Below, one piece after another: positions 47,400 to 60,342 of a DNA stretch of 64,000 bases (position 1 is the stretch's first letter; each line of letters begins with the position of its first letter). The position numbers and the translations under genes were made by a program. The notes below the pieces were generated by a model. The model saw nothing but the letters and a program-made list of their open reading frames with translations, was not told where the DNA came from and searched no databases. The stretch spans positions 1 through 64,000 of the forward strand of contig NW_026857808.1 in assembly GCF_026571515.1 (NCBI RefSeq), in the 5' to 3' direction. Source of the stretch: Ruditapes philippinarum. Its lineage: Eukaryota.

Positions 47400-48639
47400 T
47401 GCCTTATAATTAAGCTTACAAATGAACCAAGTTAATTTTGATAAAATTTCATCATGCAATATTCTTGTAACATAATCAATAAATATATAAACATTCATTA
47501 TCTGTGCCCAGATATATCTCACATGATCATGTCTTACAAATATCTTTCAGGTCCATTCAAGCAAATATAATATTAAATTTTGATCAAAACACCCAGTATT
47601 AGATCAGTTATGTTCTATATTTAACGACTGGAACTTACAAGTCATTCCATATACAGCAAAGGGAGGTAACCACATCAATATAATATCAATGGAATGAAAT
47701 ATGATATAATATACAAGCAATTAAATACATAGCAAAGGGAGGTAACAATTTATATGTAAAGCTGATAGCTTAGTTATAGCTCTGATAACAAGTATCTAGC
47801 GCAATTATTAGTTAAAGTATTATATTTTCAGACTTGCATATAGAAGACTTTTTTATTGCATATATATAAGGGTAAACAAGGTCTCAAATTAAGAAAATGG
47901 CAAAATAGTCCCCCTTTTAAAAACTTACAAAATTGAAATCACCTGTGATAAAAGATTACATCTATATATTTGATTACTATTAATAAAGGCTGCAGGTTAA
48001 TCAACCTGTACAAAACCATATCCATGATGTCTAAGTTTTTAATTGAAGACTTATCTATGTAATGGTTTACACTTGCAATTATGACATTTAGTATTCCTAA
48101 AATCCTATCTTTATATAAATGTTACCAAACCCTGTCAACTCTTTCAAAACAAGTACAAAATCTTTGTCATACATTAACAAATCAGTGACTGAAAATATGT
48201 GTGCAAAAGAAATCTAAAACAAGAAAAAACACCTTATTGAACTTAGTGATAAACAAGATGATCCCATCAAGTTGATTCTGATCTAAAATTGAATCAATAT
48301 TGATGTGACCTAGCTATGGCATGACACTGTACTAGGTCATGTTTGTAATTTGATCCACAAGATTATAAAAGTCTGCACCCAACTGTTCCCACCTATATAT
48401 AAATATACCCCAGATACATCAAGATATATAGCTTAACCTATCCTGATATACCCCTGTACATCTAGATGATACCCCAAATAAATCAGGATTGAAATCAGAT
48501 CAACCAGTACACCCCCTCTCTCACCTTGTAGCTGATAGATCAATTTACAGATGACTGATTAAAGTTTACACCAGACAGATTTTATCTAACTTAATACTTA
48601 TATTGTTATATTTTAGTATTTATAATCAATGAGGATAAT

Positions 48640-49230
48640 GTTGTCACCATCACTGGTGATGCTTTTGTCATTAGAGATATCATCAACAAAAGAATTGTAA
48701 TCTGTGTTATTAGTATCATCAGTGATGTTTATTAGAGAATTGTAATTTATGTTATTAGTATCATCAAATATGTTTATAAGAAAGAGAATAGTAATCTTAG
48801 AATCATCAGTGATGTTTACAGCATTACCATCAGCAATATCATCACCATGATCAGTCTCTTCACTAGGGCATTGTTTTCATCATCATCATTATTATTAATA
48901 CTCTCTTACCATGATTGAACTCTCAAATGTCATTAACAATATTACCAAAATCGTAACCATCATCATCATTACCTCTGTTCCCATTGGTATTCTTTAATAT
49001 CATTATTATCATTATCTTTATCATCTTAATCACTCCCATTCCTAAGGTATTCTTTCATATCATCACTAACTTTTCAAACATTACTGTAATCAATACCTTC
49101 ATCATTATCACTTTATTATTATATAACAGCATTACCAATATCATCAACATAATTATCATTATCAGTATCATGATCACTCAATAGTCCTTGTAAAATCATT
49201 ATCATCATTAGCATCATCTTCATTGTTGTA
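48640..49230. repeat. Decayed (ATC/ATT)n low-complexity tract
   Basis: Dense atcatc/attatc/atcacc triplets over ~600 bp. Confidence 0.75.
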
Positions 49231-49685
49231 ACTATTATAACATATCTCTTCTACTTCCTAATCTTAGTTAGCTAGGGCCTATAATTAGCCTTTCTCAGGA
49301 GTAAACCTTTTTGTTATGTTGACCTTGCTGTTTGTAAATGATAGACGATTTATAATACCATTTTTCTTTACAATTTTCATTGAATATAATCAATGAAATT
49401 TCAAAAGACAAAGCTGAAGGTTATGTATGATTGTGGTAAGTGCAATTTCTAAACATTTACAATCATATTGTGTCCGATGTCAATGGAACAAACTCAAAAC
49501 AATAATCATCATTTGTTTTGACAATTTTTGCCAAATAAAATAAATTTATTAAATTTTCATCACCTTGCAGAGTTTATTAATTTTGTTTGTTTAGGTTTTT
49601 AATGAAAATTTTAAAGCAGTTTTTGGTCCAATCTTGGCAGTAAGTCAACCAAACCAGCTTTCCAGTAGTTACCAAATGCTCAGGT

Positions 49686-49967
49686 TTTGTTTTGTTTGTT
49701 TTGGGTTTTACGTCATATCGACACAGTATAGGTCATATTGCGACATTCCAGCTTTACTGGTGGAGGAAGACCTCAGGTGCCCTTCCGTGCATTATTTCAG
49801 GCACGAACAGGCACACGAGTTAAGAACCACTGACGTTCCGTAAGCTAGCTGGATAGCTTCCTCACATGAAAGAATCCAAAGCTCCTGTCGGGGATTCAAA
49901 CCCACAGTGGTGAGGGGCAAGTGGTTTGAAGTCAACGACCTTAACCACTTGGCCATGGACGCCCCTA
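49686..49967 (-). mobile_element. tRNA-derived SINE family A, full length
   Basis: Highly similar to 1811-2086. TSD AAATGCTCAGGT at 49674-49685 and 49968-49979. Confidence 0.92.
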
Positions 49968-50707
49968 AAATGCTCAGGTAAGTGACTGACTAATCATCTC
50001 ACACATGTTACCTGAACTAGTGGTGAGAGACAAATGACCATAATAAAAACAACACATATTCAGATTTTCAATTTTTCTCACACCAAAAAAATAGATTTAT
50101 AATTGATTAGAAGACACAACAAATGATGACTTATTTTGACAGGCATATTAGCTGTTAGGTAAGCATGGTAATTAATGTCTCTAGAAATGACAGGTATCTT
50201 GTGAATGATAAATTATACTTATACCCAAAGTTAGGGGTAAGGCAAGGTCACGCCATATGTCATGTATTGTTTATAATAAACTGAATGAAAAAACATACAC
50301 TGGATAATTTAATTAGTGTAATTGCTGTCCCTATTTGAAGATATGACTTTTTTTGTTCTTCATTACTCCAATTATTTGATAATTAAACATGAATGAAGAC
50401 TATTCATTATTGTAAGTATAAAAAAAGAGTTCAACAAGAGTGAACTCCCTTGAATGAGGCAATTATGTAAGGGTAATGATGAGATCACAGACTTTCCAAA
50501 GTCAATGAAATTTAGATGGAAACAGATTTCTTAACAAAGTAAAACTTGCCAATGATATTTCTTATAAACATATAATATTATACAGATATATATAATAAAG
50601 TAACTATGTGCAGACAACAAAAGACGGAACACATACATGTATATTTAAGTAAAATTACAGCAAATATTATATTGAAAAACTTTGCAGGAAAATAAATACC
50701 ATCTTAC

Positions 50708-50771
50708 CCTTGATGAAAGTTGGCTGGCTCAAGACCAACGTAAAAGTTGATCTATATATTTTCCCATGCAT
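50708..50771 (-). CDS. Candidate first coding exon of the host gene (MHGKIYRSTFTLVLSQPTFIK-D)
   Basis: aaacATG context, 64 nt open, strong AGG|GTAAGA donor; phase 1 matches the 41634 acceptor. Not independently confirmed. Confidence 0.4.
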
Positions 50772-53700
50772 GTTTAAATTTGACAGTTCCTGCTTCATAT
50801 CACTATGTTATTATCATGTCATTTAAAAATTCATAAAACATCCAATATCCATCGCTTAATTCAGTAACATTTTCACACTGTCAACCATTTTCTTTTATCG
50901 TTTTATCTGTGTTAAATTTCCATTATTTTTATCCCAAAAAAGGAATGAATTTATCAGTCTACTGGTGCAGGGATTTGCAATATCTCTTCATTCATCAATT
51001 AATCACATGTCTTTCTGACAAAGATCAGGAAAAGTTTATCAACATGAATTGTCCCAACCTTGCACAAAAATTATCTTATCCATTGACATGCTGAACTTGT
51101 TGGATGGAGTTGCCCTGTTTTGAATTTGGAACAAGTCAATAAATAAATACAAAAAATTGAACTACAAATGGTATTACAGTATAGAGCCTGGTCAGACTGC
51201 TGAGAGGTGCAAGCTCAGGCCTGGCTCTATACTGATGGCAAAAGATGTTGTCCAGAACACGGCAAATGTGGGTTTTTCCAAGCTTAAATCCCATGGTACA
51301 AACAAACTTTTACATAGGTTATGTAAAAGAGTGATGTATTTATTGTTACAGAGTAAATCTATTAAAGGCTATTCACTTTCTGTTTCAAATATGTTAATAG
51401 ATCCACTTACAGGAAACCTTCAAAAATGACAAATACAAATTTCTTTAATTATTATAACATTTTTTTTTAATATAGAGCATACTTAATGTCTTTGTAATCC
51501 ACTGGCAAATTATAAGTCAGACATCCTTACATCCCCTAAAAACTTATAAACTAATAATATATTTCAAACAACAAGGTTTTCTCCAGTAACTGTATTTCAA
51601 TTATTGTTAGTCAATATTCATTTATTTCCCTTTAAAAAAAAAAAAAAATTTCTTCCCTCTGAAATCATTAAAAAATTCTTCATTGATTCTCCTATTGTTA
51701 AATCCAAAATTACGCAAAATGACCTAAAAATGTCAGCAAAAACATTATTTTTATATTCACAGCTGGTGTATATCCTACAATACAGTCATGCTGTTTTGCC
51801 ATTTAGTGCAAAAGACTGTTTTAACCATTATTGAATTCAGCTGTCAGTCTGTCAAATGTATGTCAATGTATTGTTTTTTTTCTATTATATATGCAGGCAA
51901 CTTTTGCTTTCAGCATTATACATTACAAAGTATCAATATGTTACATTGAGCTAGCATATAATGTAAAATGGTTTAAGGGCATGTAACAAACTAACAATAT
52001 AAATACAGCACTCTATTACATAAAACATCTACATTTCTAATGTATTTTAGCTTTAGAGAAATTACTTGTTTTATTCTGCTTAATATGAATTAACATTTAA
52101 AACTTGAATTGAGTTTTATGTGTATAATGAAACCTGTGCTAGAAGTCCATCATTAAATTACATTTATTTAATTAACTACAATAAAACAAGTCTTTAAAGG
52201 TCAAATTTTTATTCAATTTATTTTCATAGTCACTATATAATTATTATCACATTCAAATATTAAATTTTTACAGTCACCCTTAATATTCAACTTAGAATCC
52301 CTGCTTGAAATTAAAGATCTTCGAAATATTTTTTTATGAAAAGTATATTCCTATATCATTCCATCTTTTATGGCATCACAAAGTTCTATACAGTAAGTAC
52401 CAATCAAAAACTAATTATTTATATTCTTTTAACATTAATTATCATTTTGTTTTCCACTTCTGCATCATATATTTATCAATAATTATTTATACATCAAAAT
52501 TCTGGCCACATCTATAGATTTCTTTATCATCAAAAATTCAAAATACAAAATTTACTTCCTTTAAAATGACTGTCTGCGGTTTTAAGCTATAAATGACTCA
52601 TTAACAAAATCACAAGTTCAAATCAACTTAAAATCATAGATTAAATCTTAAAAGAAAATAACTGATCAAATCCTTCAAACATTTTTAAAAACTCATTTTT
52701 TCACTAAATATTCATTTTCATCTATCTATTTATAATGATGACCGCTAAAACTCTTCACAATTAATTGTTGACTTTTCTTCATTATGGCTAAAACTTGCTA
52801 TGTTATTTTTTTGTATTTTTTTTTTGTATTTTGCCCTTGTACTTAATAGCAGCTTTATCAAAAACACAATCTTTAATTTTTAATAAACCTTAAGGACATT
52901 CTCTTAATTATAAGATAGTCACTTCAATGACTTTATCCCATACAAATCTTTGTCAGCACGGTTTATTTCGGTGTATTGTCGCAAGACACACGCACTTAAA
53001 AAATACAGAAAAATATAATTTTCTTTTCTTCGCTTTTTTTTTCAAATTGCCGTCCTAAACTGGTATAGAATTTCCGAATCAGATTGCCATCGAGCTCGTC
53101 ATCAAGGTACATAGTAATAAAATTCCCATTTCATTGTCATAGTCATCACATCTTTTTAACAGAAGTTTCCCCTATACTATTACATTACTAACAGTTTTTT
53201 TCTCGAACACTTTTTATCTCGTCAGATGACTCGCACACCATTCTTAGTACCTTAAAGAGACTTGCACACACTACCAAGTTCACTTAATTCCTATTTTTAG
53301 CGGGTGACTGGAACACTTAATCTATATTTGCACCCAAGTTTTTCATGAATCTTTATCCATTTCAAAACCTCCTTATGTTTTAGTTGCACCTTTTGTAAAC
53401 AAATCACAAATAATTTTATCTCTGCTTAACAAAGGTAACGCTCATTATAAACATCTTAAATTTTGCATTATTTTTTTTTTTTTTAATTAAAGCAATGACC
53501 ATGTGGTTGGTTTTGATTAAAACTGGTATTTTTCTACCTACATTATTAATTAAGGTAATTAAGTTAATACAGTTTAATTATAAGTTTTGCTAATATGACT
53601 CATACATTAAGTACAAGGTCAAAGGTTAATTAACGCAAAATTTTTGTAGCCAAATTTTTATAATATGGTATAGCATTTATAAAATTTACTTTTTGTGATT

Positions 53701-54453
53701 TTCTTTTTGTTTGTACCTGTATTAACCAGCAGGTAAAAAAAAATCTAATTAATAATATCAGCTTAACAGGGAAGAAATTATAGATTAATCATTTCATTAA
53801 ATGTCATTTTTTGAGTGAATTACTCTTTATCTAAAATCCAAAAATTCACATTTCAAATATAATCCTTATTTATTTTTTATTAATCCAGACTGAATGATTC
53901 ATCCACGAGCATGTATTAATATATAAAACAGCATCATAACACACATGTTTAATGGTAACCGGACACTGAAAAATCCGTAAATGAAAAAAGTCAATTGGTT
54001 AATTTGTATGGTTTTTCCGAAATCGGTCATAACAGATCAACGCCTCGAGGGTCAAATCCTATGACAATGACCTTTTTTAATAGTTTATACCAATGTCACG
54101 ATTGTAACAAACTTATTATCATCACCATTGACTGACCAGTCTTTTCTTTTGACTTGGCAGTCAAAGTCACTTTTTGGTTAAGTGGTAATATAAATGTATG
54201 GTTACACATTCAGATACTATTTTTATACACCTGGAAAAATATTGACTTTTCAGCTCAAAGGCTTTTCCCTTCCTTGTAAAAGTTACTTTTCTGAGACTGT
54301 TGTAATTCTATTATTGGACAGATTTTGGTCATTTTCCACAAGAAAAATGATGATTCTAGAAAAAATTGGAATAAGGGATTGACCTGAAAATTTGCACCCA
54401 AATTATTGGACAAGACCTTATTCAAATGGTATGCAAATCAGGTGTAAATATTT

Positions 54454-54580
54454 GAGCCGTGCCATGACAAAACCAACATGGCCGTTTGCAACCAGCATGG
54501 ATCCAGACCAGCCTGAGCATTCGGGCACTCTGGTCAGGATCCACGATGTTCGCTATCTGATGAGTTTCTCTACTTGTGTC
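54454..54580. mobile_element. Left-arm fragment of the palindromic MITE at 63549-63783
   Basis: gagccgtgccatgacaaaaccaacat..ccagcatggatccagaccagcctg..ggtcaggatcca..gttcgctatc..gtttctctacttgt. Confidence 0.8.
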
Positions 54581-56289
54581 ATATTTCATATTCTGTTATG
54601 ATAAAAACTCTCAGTCAAGAGTCCCTTTAAAGGTTATAAAAATATTAGACTTACCTCCTTTAGGGTGGGTGGGCTTGTTCACTAATATACTTCTAAATTT
54701 TAATAAATATATCTAAATTGATACCTTATTCCTTTAAAGGACCTCTGCTTTCTTCAAACAACCCTAGCGAAAAATAAATCATGTTATATGATTAAACATG
54801 ATAAGATGTGTACAAACATGTTTTTTTCTTCATTGACCATGTTGTTCAATCATGTCTTATAAACATGTTTGACCATCAAACATGATTGTGGATGAAAATT
54901 ACAATTTGTTCAATAAAACATCTGTATTTATTTCAACTAATATTATAATGACTTTCAGGGAGTCAGGAAAAAATCATAAACATTGTTTTTTTTCCTGCAA
55001 ACAATCTTACAAGAAATCAACATATTCAATCATGAATAAACATGATAAATTTATAAAAAAAAAAATCAAACAAATCTCTCTTTTTTCTTGTTACTTTCAT
55101 CAAATAAGTTATTCTTTTGGATAAAAAAGTATCCATACATTTCAACTTTGTGTAAAAATAGCCTTAAACGCTTTAATAATTACTGACACATTGACCCATT
55201 TATTACTAAGAGAATAACATAGTCATACATGATCAAACATGGCTGAACATGATAAATTCCAAGTCAATATTTTTTAACAAATAAGCATTTTTTAAATTAC
55301 ATCTTACAACAGGATTTTACTTTCTGTGAAAACACTGATAAAAAGAATAGTTTCAGTTGTTTTGTTTACAATTTTTTATAGGAAAGCAAACATGTTTAAA
55401 CATGACTGAATTTTGAATATAACAAAATTTTCAGACAGCTCAGAGCATGATTCATCATTCAGCATCTCCTTGGTTATAATCCTAGAATCCATCTGCCAGG
55501 CCATAAATGGAGGTTAAACATATTGTCCCCATTTTCAACAGTTTTACAGCATTTATCGGAATACAAGATAAGCATTGATATAAAGCATAAAAGGGCACTG
55601 GGAAGAAGTAAATGTAGCAAAATTAATTAAAATGATAAATTAAGGTGGGATCTTAATTTCAGAAGCCGGGGATTATGTACCACAATATGAAGCATAAATT
55701 GATAGTGGGATATATTACCCTTTACTGTAGCCATAAAAGCTAAATTACTAGGTAAGCTAAAAGTTTAGGTACAAAAATAACATAATTATGTTCCTACCAA
55801 TTACAAATATACAACAGACAAAATAAAATATTCCATACAGGACGCTGAACTTCAGTTTGGCGCAAGTAAAAAAAAACTCAGTTAAGAATTACCAATTTTT
55901 TCATATGAAGGTTATGGTTGCAAAGCAGAGCTCAAAACTCGCCATCCACCATTTTTGGCAGACAAGAGTTACTGAAAATACTACTTAAACTTGAAAAAAT
56001 TTATCAAAACAAAGGAAAATATCTTGGAATAGAAAATATTTTCATGAAATTGAACACCTATGAAAGAATCTGAATTTATTTGTATCCGAAATCAATACTT
56101 TTTAGTTAACATATCATTTTAGTATCTATTATGAAAGACAGATTTGAAGAAGTGACCCGTAAATCACTACCACAGGGATTGTGCCTATAATAATTAACAC
56201 TAAATGTCACATTAAAGTTGTATTTTGTAATATTAGACTTATATAAATTTACTGTCTCAAACTACGATTCAAATGATGCAATCTAAAAT

Positions 56290-57052
56290 ACGCCAGTCAC
56301 TTGAACAAATTTGGAACACAACTAACTTAAAAAATGTATTTTCAGTTTGAATAACAAACACTTCTTCAATTATCTTATCTATTAGAACAACATGAACATC
56401 CTCTTCAGTTTTCATTCTTAACAGATCATCTGAGATGGTATCCAACATCACAAAAAGGATGTACTTGTTCTGTTATTGTTCATATATGTCCAACAGCAAA
56501 CAACTTCTCATCCACAATATTTTCTATGAAATATGATATAGCTAATATCACACTATCCAGGCACAAAACAGTGTAACAGTTTTTCATTTGTTTGTACTTT
56601 TCGGAATAAAGAAATTTTCCTTTGTCGTAATATTCTGTGTGTTATTCTATAATCTTTTACATTGTTCAAACCAATCTTAGCAAGAAAACAGCATTGTTCT
56701 TCTTTAGATGCAAAATTTCCTTTTGAATATTCAGTGCCAGAGGGTTTTTCATCACCCGACATAAGTTAACCAGTATTATTTGGACAAACTCTTGATAGAA
56801 AATCTAACCAACAGGGTTCGCATCAGCAATCATTTCTGTACTTTTAGTTCTGACATACAGATCTGTTAACTTGAAGTTTATTGTTTACATCCAAATTTAT
56901 GTCCGAATTACTCTTTCTTGTATTTTCATGGTCATAGAAATTGTCACACTCATACATGTTTAAGGTAGCACTCTACAGTTAATTTCAAGTTCCTCAGCCG
57001 TCAATGTCCTACAAGCAATACGTCTATTTATTCTGATACCAAACTACACAAC
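56290..57052 (-). pseudogene. Frameshifted remnant of the CACTA transposase C-terminal region
   Basis: Stitching frames gives GKFLYSEKYKQMKNCYTVLCLDSVILAISYFI..AVGH..GYHL/RMKTEEDVHVVLIDKIIEEVFVI../VSCVPNLF. This resembles the (Y/H)S..Y.....NxTV..I.YF ... PN C-terminus of animal EnSpm transposases. Confidence 0.55.
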
Positions 57053-57342
57053 CTGGAAAAAGAAAACACATTTTGTTGAGAACATATATGACATAAGATT
57101 GCAAATCTACAAAGAAATTATCTCATCTGCAATAGGCAGGCAGTAAAAAAAATGCAATTCATTCCGTTTAAGCCCAAAATCTACAGTGGACGGAGCCCCA
57201 AAACAACACACATTTCATCCCTCTGGCAAAAAATCAAATATACAGGCTAAAGGAATACCGTCTCTGCTTTAGCAACTTTCTATACATGCAAAATATCACA
57301 AAGTAACTGGTACTCAACCTTGTAGATTTTTTGCTACTGCTT

Positions 57343-58120
57343 TTTGTTTTGTTTTGGGTTTTACGTCAGATCGACACAGTATAGGTCATATCGCGACGTT
57401 CCAGCTTTACTGGTGGAGGAAGACCTCAGGTGCCCTTCCGTGCATTATTTCAGGGGAAAAGAGTCAACTCGGCCCTACACCAACTCTGCACGGGTCAACT
57501 CGGCACGGGTCAACTCGGCCCACTTGAAAAAAATATATTTAACATGGTAATATTTAAAAAAATATCAAACAAAAACATGTTTACTTAATATCATAATTAA
57601 GCTTCTAATTAATTGCAGGTGGTCACTAATCAATTTTAAATGAATGCGTCAATCATAATTATCACCTAATTAATCGGTATCCTTACGAACACACTGATTG
57701 ATAATAATAGCCTGTGACAATAAGAGTCCCTTTAATGTCTTTAACCAATTTCATTTAATTTGTTTGTAATTGTCAAAAGCTGAAAATTAAGTCCGTGTAT
57801 TATACATAATTACAAATATTACAAAAAATAGTGATTACACAAACCTAAATATAAATAATTGAAAAGTGGGCCGAGTTGACCCGTGCCCAGTTGGTATAGG
57901 GCCGAGCTGACTCGGGGGCCGAGTACGTTTTAGGGCCGAGCTGACCCGGAATCATTTCAGGCACGAACGGGCACCTGAGTAGAACCACCGACGTTCCGTA
58001 AGCTAGCTGGATAGCTTCCTCACATGAAAGAATCCAAAGTCCCTGTCGGATTCGAACCCTCAGCGGTGAGGGGCAAGTGGTTTGAAGTCAACGACCTTAA
58101 CCACTCGGCCACAGACGCCC
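57343..58120 (-). mobile_element. SINE family A copy interrupted by a MITE
   Basis: 57343-57454 plus 57954-58120 reconstitute the SINE; intact B-box GGTTCGAATCC. Confidence 0.92.
57455..57953. mobile_element. Foldback/MULE-like MITE with an 8-bp TSD
   Basis: TSD ATTTCAGG (57447-57454, 57954-57961), present once in the uninterrupted SINEs. G..C termini. GTCAACTCGGC repeats on the left and inverted GCCGAG(T/C)TGAC on the right. Confidence 0.9.
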
Positions 58121-60125
58121 TAAAAGTTGTCCTTATAAAATTAAATTAAAAAAAATAATATGATGGACACTTGTATGAAATAACAACAAAATTATACCCT
58201 AAAAATTTAAATGTAGACAACAAATATTATCATATCTTTATCTTAAATTGCAATTATTAATGAATCTAGATCAGCAAATCAAATTTCACAAGTTAATTTT
58301 CTTAAAAATGTAAATGAAAGACAGTTACAGCCGGCTTATTCAAGTTATTTTATAAAAAATAATTTATTTTCTCATTACAAAAATAATTATATAATAGGCA
58401 AACAAAGATGAACATTACTATATTTGCCTTTTATTTGGGTGTATCTATTCTGGGTATAGTCTGGGTACTTTCGTGCGGGTCGATTTGTGCCGCCCGGTTT
58501 CCCATGTTTCCGTAGCCAAATATCCCCATAAATACCCCTCGGAATTAATTTCATTCAAGGACGGCCATCGCCAAATATTTGCAACATTCCTTTTTTCTCT
58601 AGGTCTTTGGTATTTTGCCTCGCGGGCAGAAACTTCATGATGAGAATTTTTTTGTTTTGTTTTTTACGGAAGTACAAACTAGCCGGTCACTCGTTTTTCT
58701 AAAATCTGATTCGACAATCACAACTTGTTCGACCAATCAGAAGCGTTGATTCATACCAAGGTGCGTAATGCACACAATTGTTCATAATGCACAAAAAAAC
58801 TTTTTGTATTTAACGAAAGTCAAACGGACAAAAACATCACCTGTTTATAAAATCAAATGGGCAATAGAGTTCTTTCAGTTCTCACTCGAGATAAGAGGCA
58901 ACCTTTACCCCTCAGAAATCTAAACGGATTTACGCGATTCACAAAAATCCTGGAGGCTGGCTAAAATACGGAACTTCGGACTATTCCGGATGTTATTCTA
59001 ATAATAAATATGCAGCTAGCAAACGGGTTGCAGCACTTGCCGTGGTGTCAGAACAAAACATATTGTTATATATAATGACATTTACCTTCTTCAGCTTCTA
59101 AAAACCTCGAAATCCACACAAAAGTCGCATGTTTACAGTTTCTTCAAGTGTTATCTTTCTATACTTCCGGTTTAGAAAATCACGTTACCTTCAGCGCCAC
59201 CTAACCCAAAGTTTATATTTAGCAACCAATAGATTACAAGAATACATGTGCGGTTAGTTAGTTTTAAACGAGGGAAAAATCAAAATGGCCTGAACATACG
59301 ATACGGCTGAAATGGCTGAAAAATGAAAGTGCTTATTTATTGGACTTTGGAGAACAACTGGTCGTTTTGTCAGCACTGCCGCTGATCGGGGAGGGTTAAT
59401 GCCTTGGACAAGAACATTTGCCATGTTCCAGGAGAAATGGTATCCTGCTATACCCATCGCAAGTAAGTTCTTCATCTGCACGCATGCTTCCGAGCACAAG
59501 GACAATCTTGATAATTAAAATAAGACTGCTCTTGCTTTCAATTAAAATTCAAAAAGGTCATCCAAAATATACCTAGCAAAATGCCAGTCTTCTGGAAAGT
59601 TATCGGTCCAGACGGCCGACCGAAAATTTTGGCAACCTGTCCGGATTTTTTTAAAGGAACAATCGACCATATATCTGGAGATTTTTGAGGAAATTATTTA
59701 AATTCTCATAGCACAAAATTTTCCACTTATAAATGAATGAAACTTAACTTAAAAAAGAGATTTTAACTGTCAAATTATAAAGTTTTTTTGTCATTTATTA
59801 ACATTTTTTTTCGGATAACTCGAAGTCCGGATAAGTATAAAAATAAAATGATTTATTTTGCTTGTGTAGCACACGAATTTTGCCCGTTCTAAACTTAATA
59901 CAATTGAAAATACATTCTTATATGAATATGTATTGATTAATGTACCCACTTCTTGAAATCAGCATTTAATTTCAGCACCCACTAATTTCAATTGTCACAT
60001 GTTGTCGCGATCCGATATTTTGATGATAAAACAATTTTTTAAATAATAAAAGGTTTAAAAGTATATAGGTGAATAAAACTGAATTAGCATAAAACATTAT
60101 TCAAAGTCAGTGCTTTCTTTGGCAG

Positions 60126-60342
60126 GTTTGCAACATTTGATCATCTGGAGGATGTCCTGGAGAGGTATGTTCTTCACCATCGAAGAAATTCAAAACCATA
60201 GTGCAACTGGTAAAAAGGCCAACAAAGACCAAGTTTGATCCTGCCAAATTTAACATAATCAGCAAGCTCGTTCAGAAACATTTTGACTGACAAGGAAGTG
60301 GTCATTCAGACACAAAATGTGAAGCAGAAGTATTCCAAGTGA
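60126..60342 (+). pseudogene. Frameshifted BEN-domain-like exon inside the CACTA element
   Basis: After the acceptor ctttctttggcAG: MFFTIEEIQNHSATGKKANK/TKFDPAKFNIISKLVQKHF/TDKEVVIQTQNVKQKYSK*, matching the BEN pattern FxxEExxxxSxxG..(L/F)DPxKxxxIxxxV. Confidence 0.55.

Noticed and set aside
48984-49184. Ile-rich hydrophobic ORF (similar ORF at 13122-13307)
   Set aside because: Translation of (ATC/ATT/AAT)n low-complexity DNA.
52995-53113. Minus-strand short ORF MYLDDELDGNLIRKFYTSLGRQFEKKSEEKK...
   Set aside because: 38 codons ending in a stop with no clear donor; it cannot be linked to the host gene from sequence alone.
54655-54760. Possible host exon ending at GAG|GTAAGT (54655)
   Set aside because: No convincing acceptor or open frame; it lies among TE ends (TTAA-bounded fragments and the CACTA terminus).
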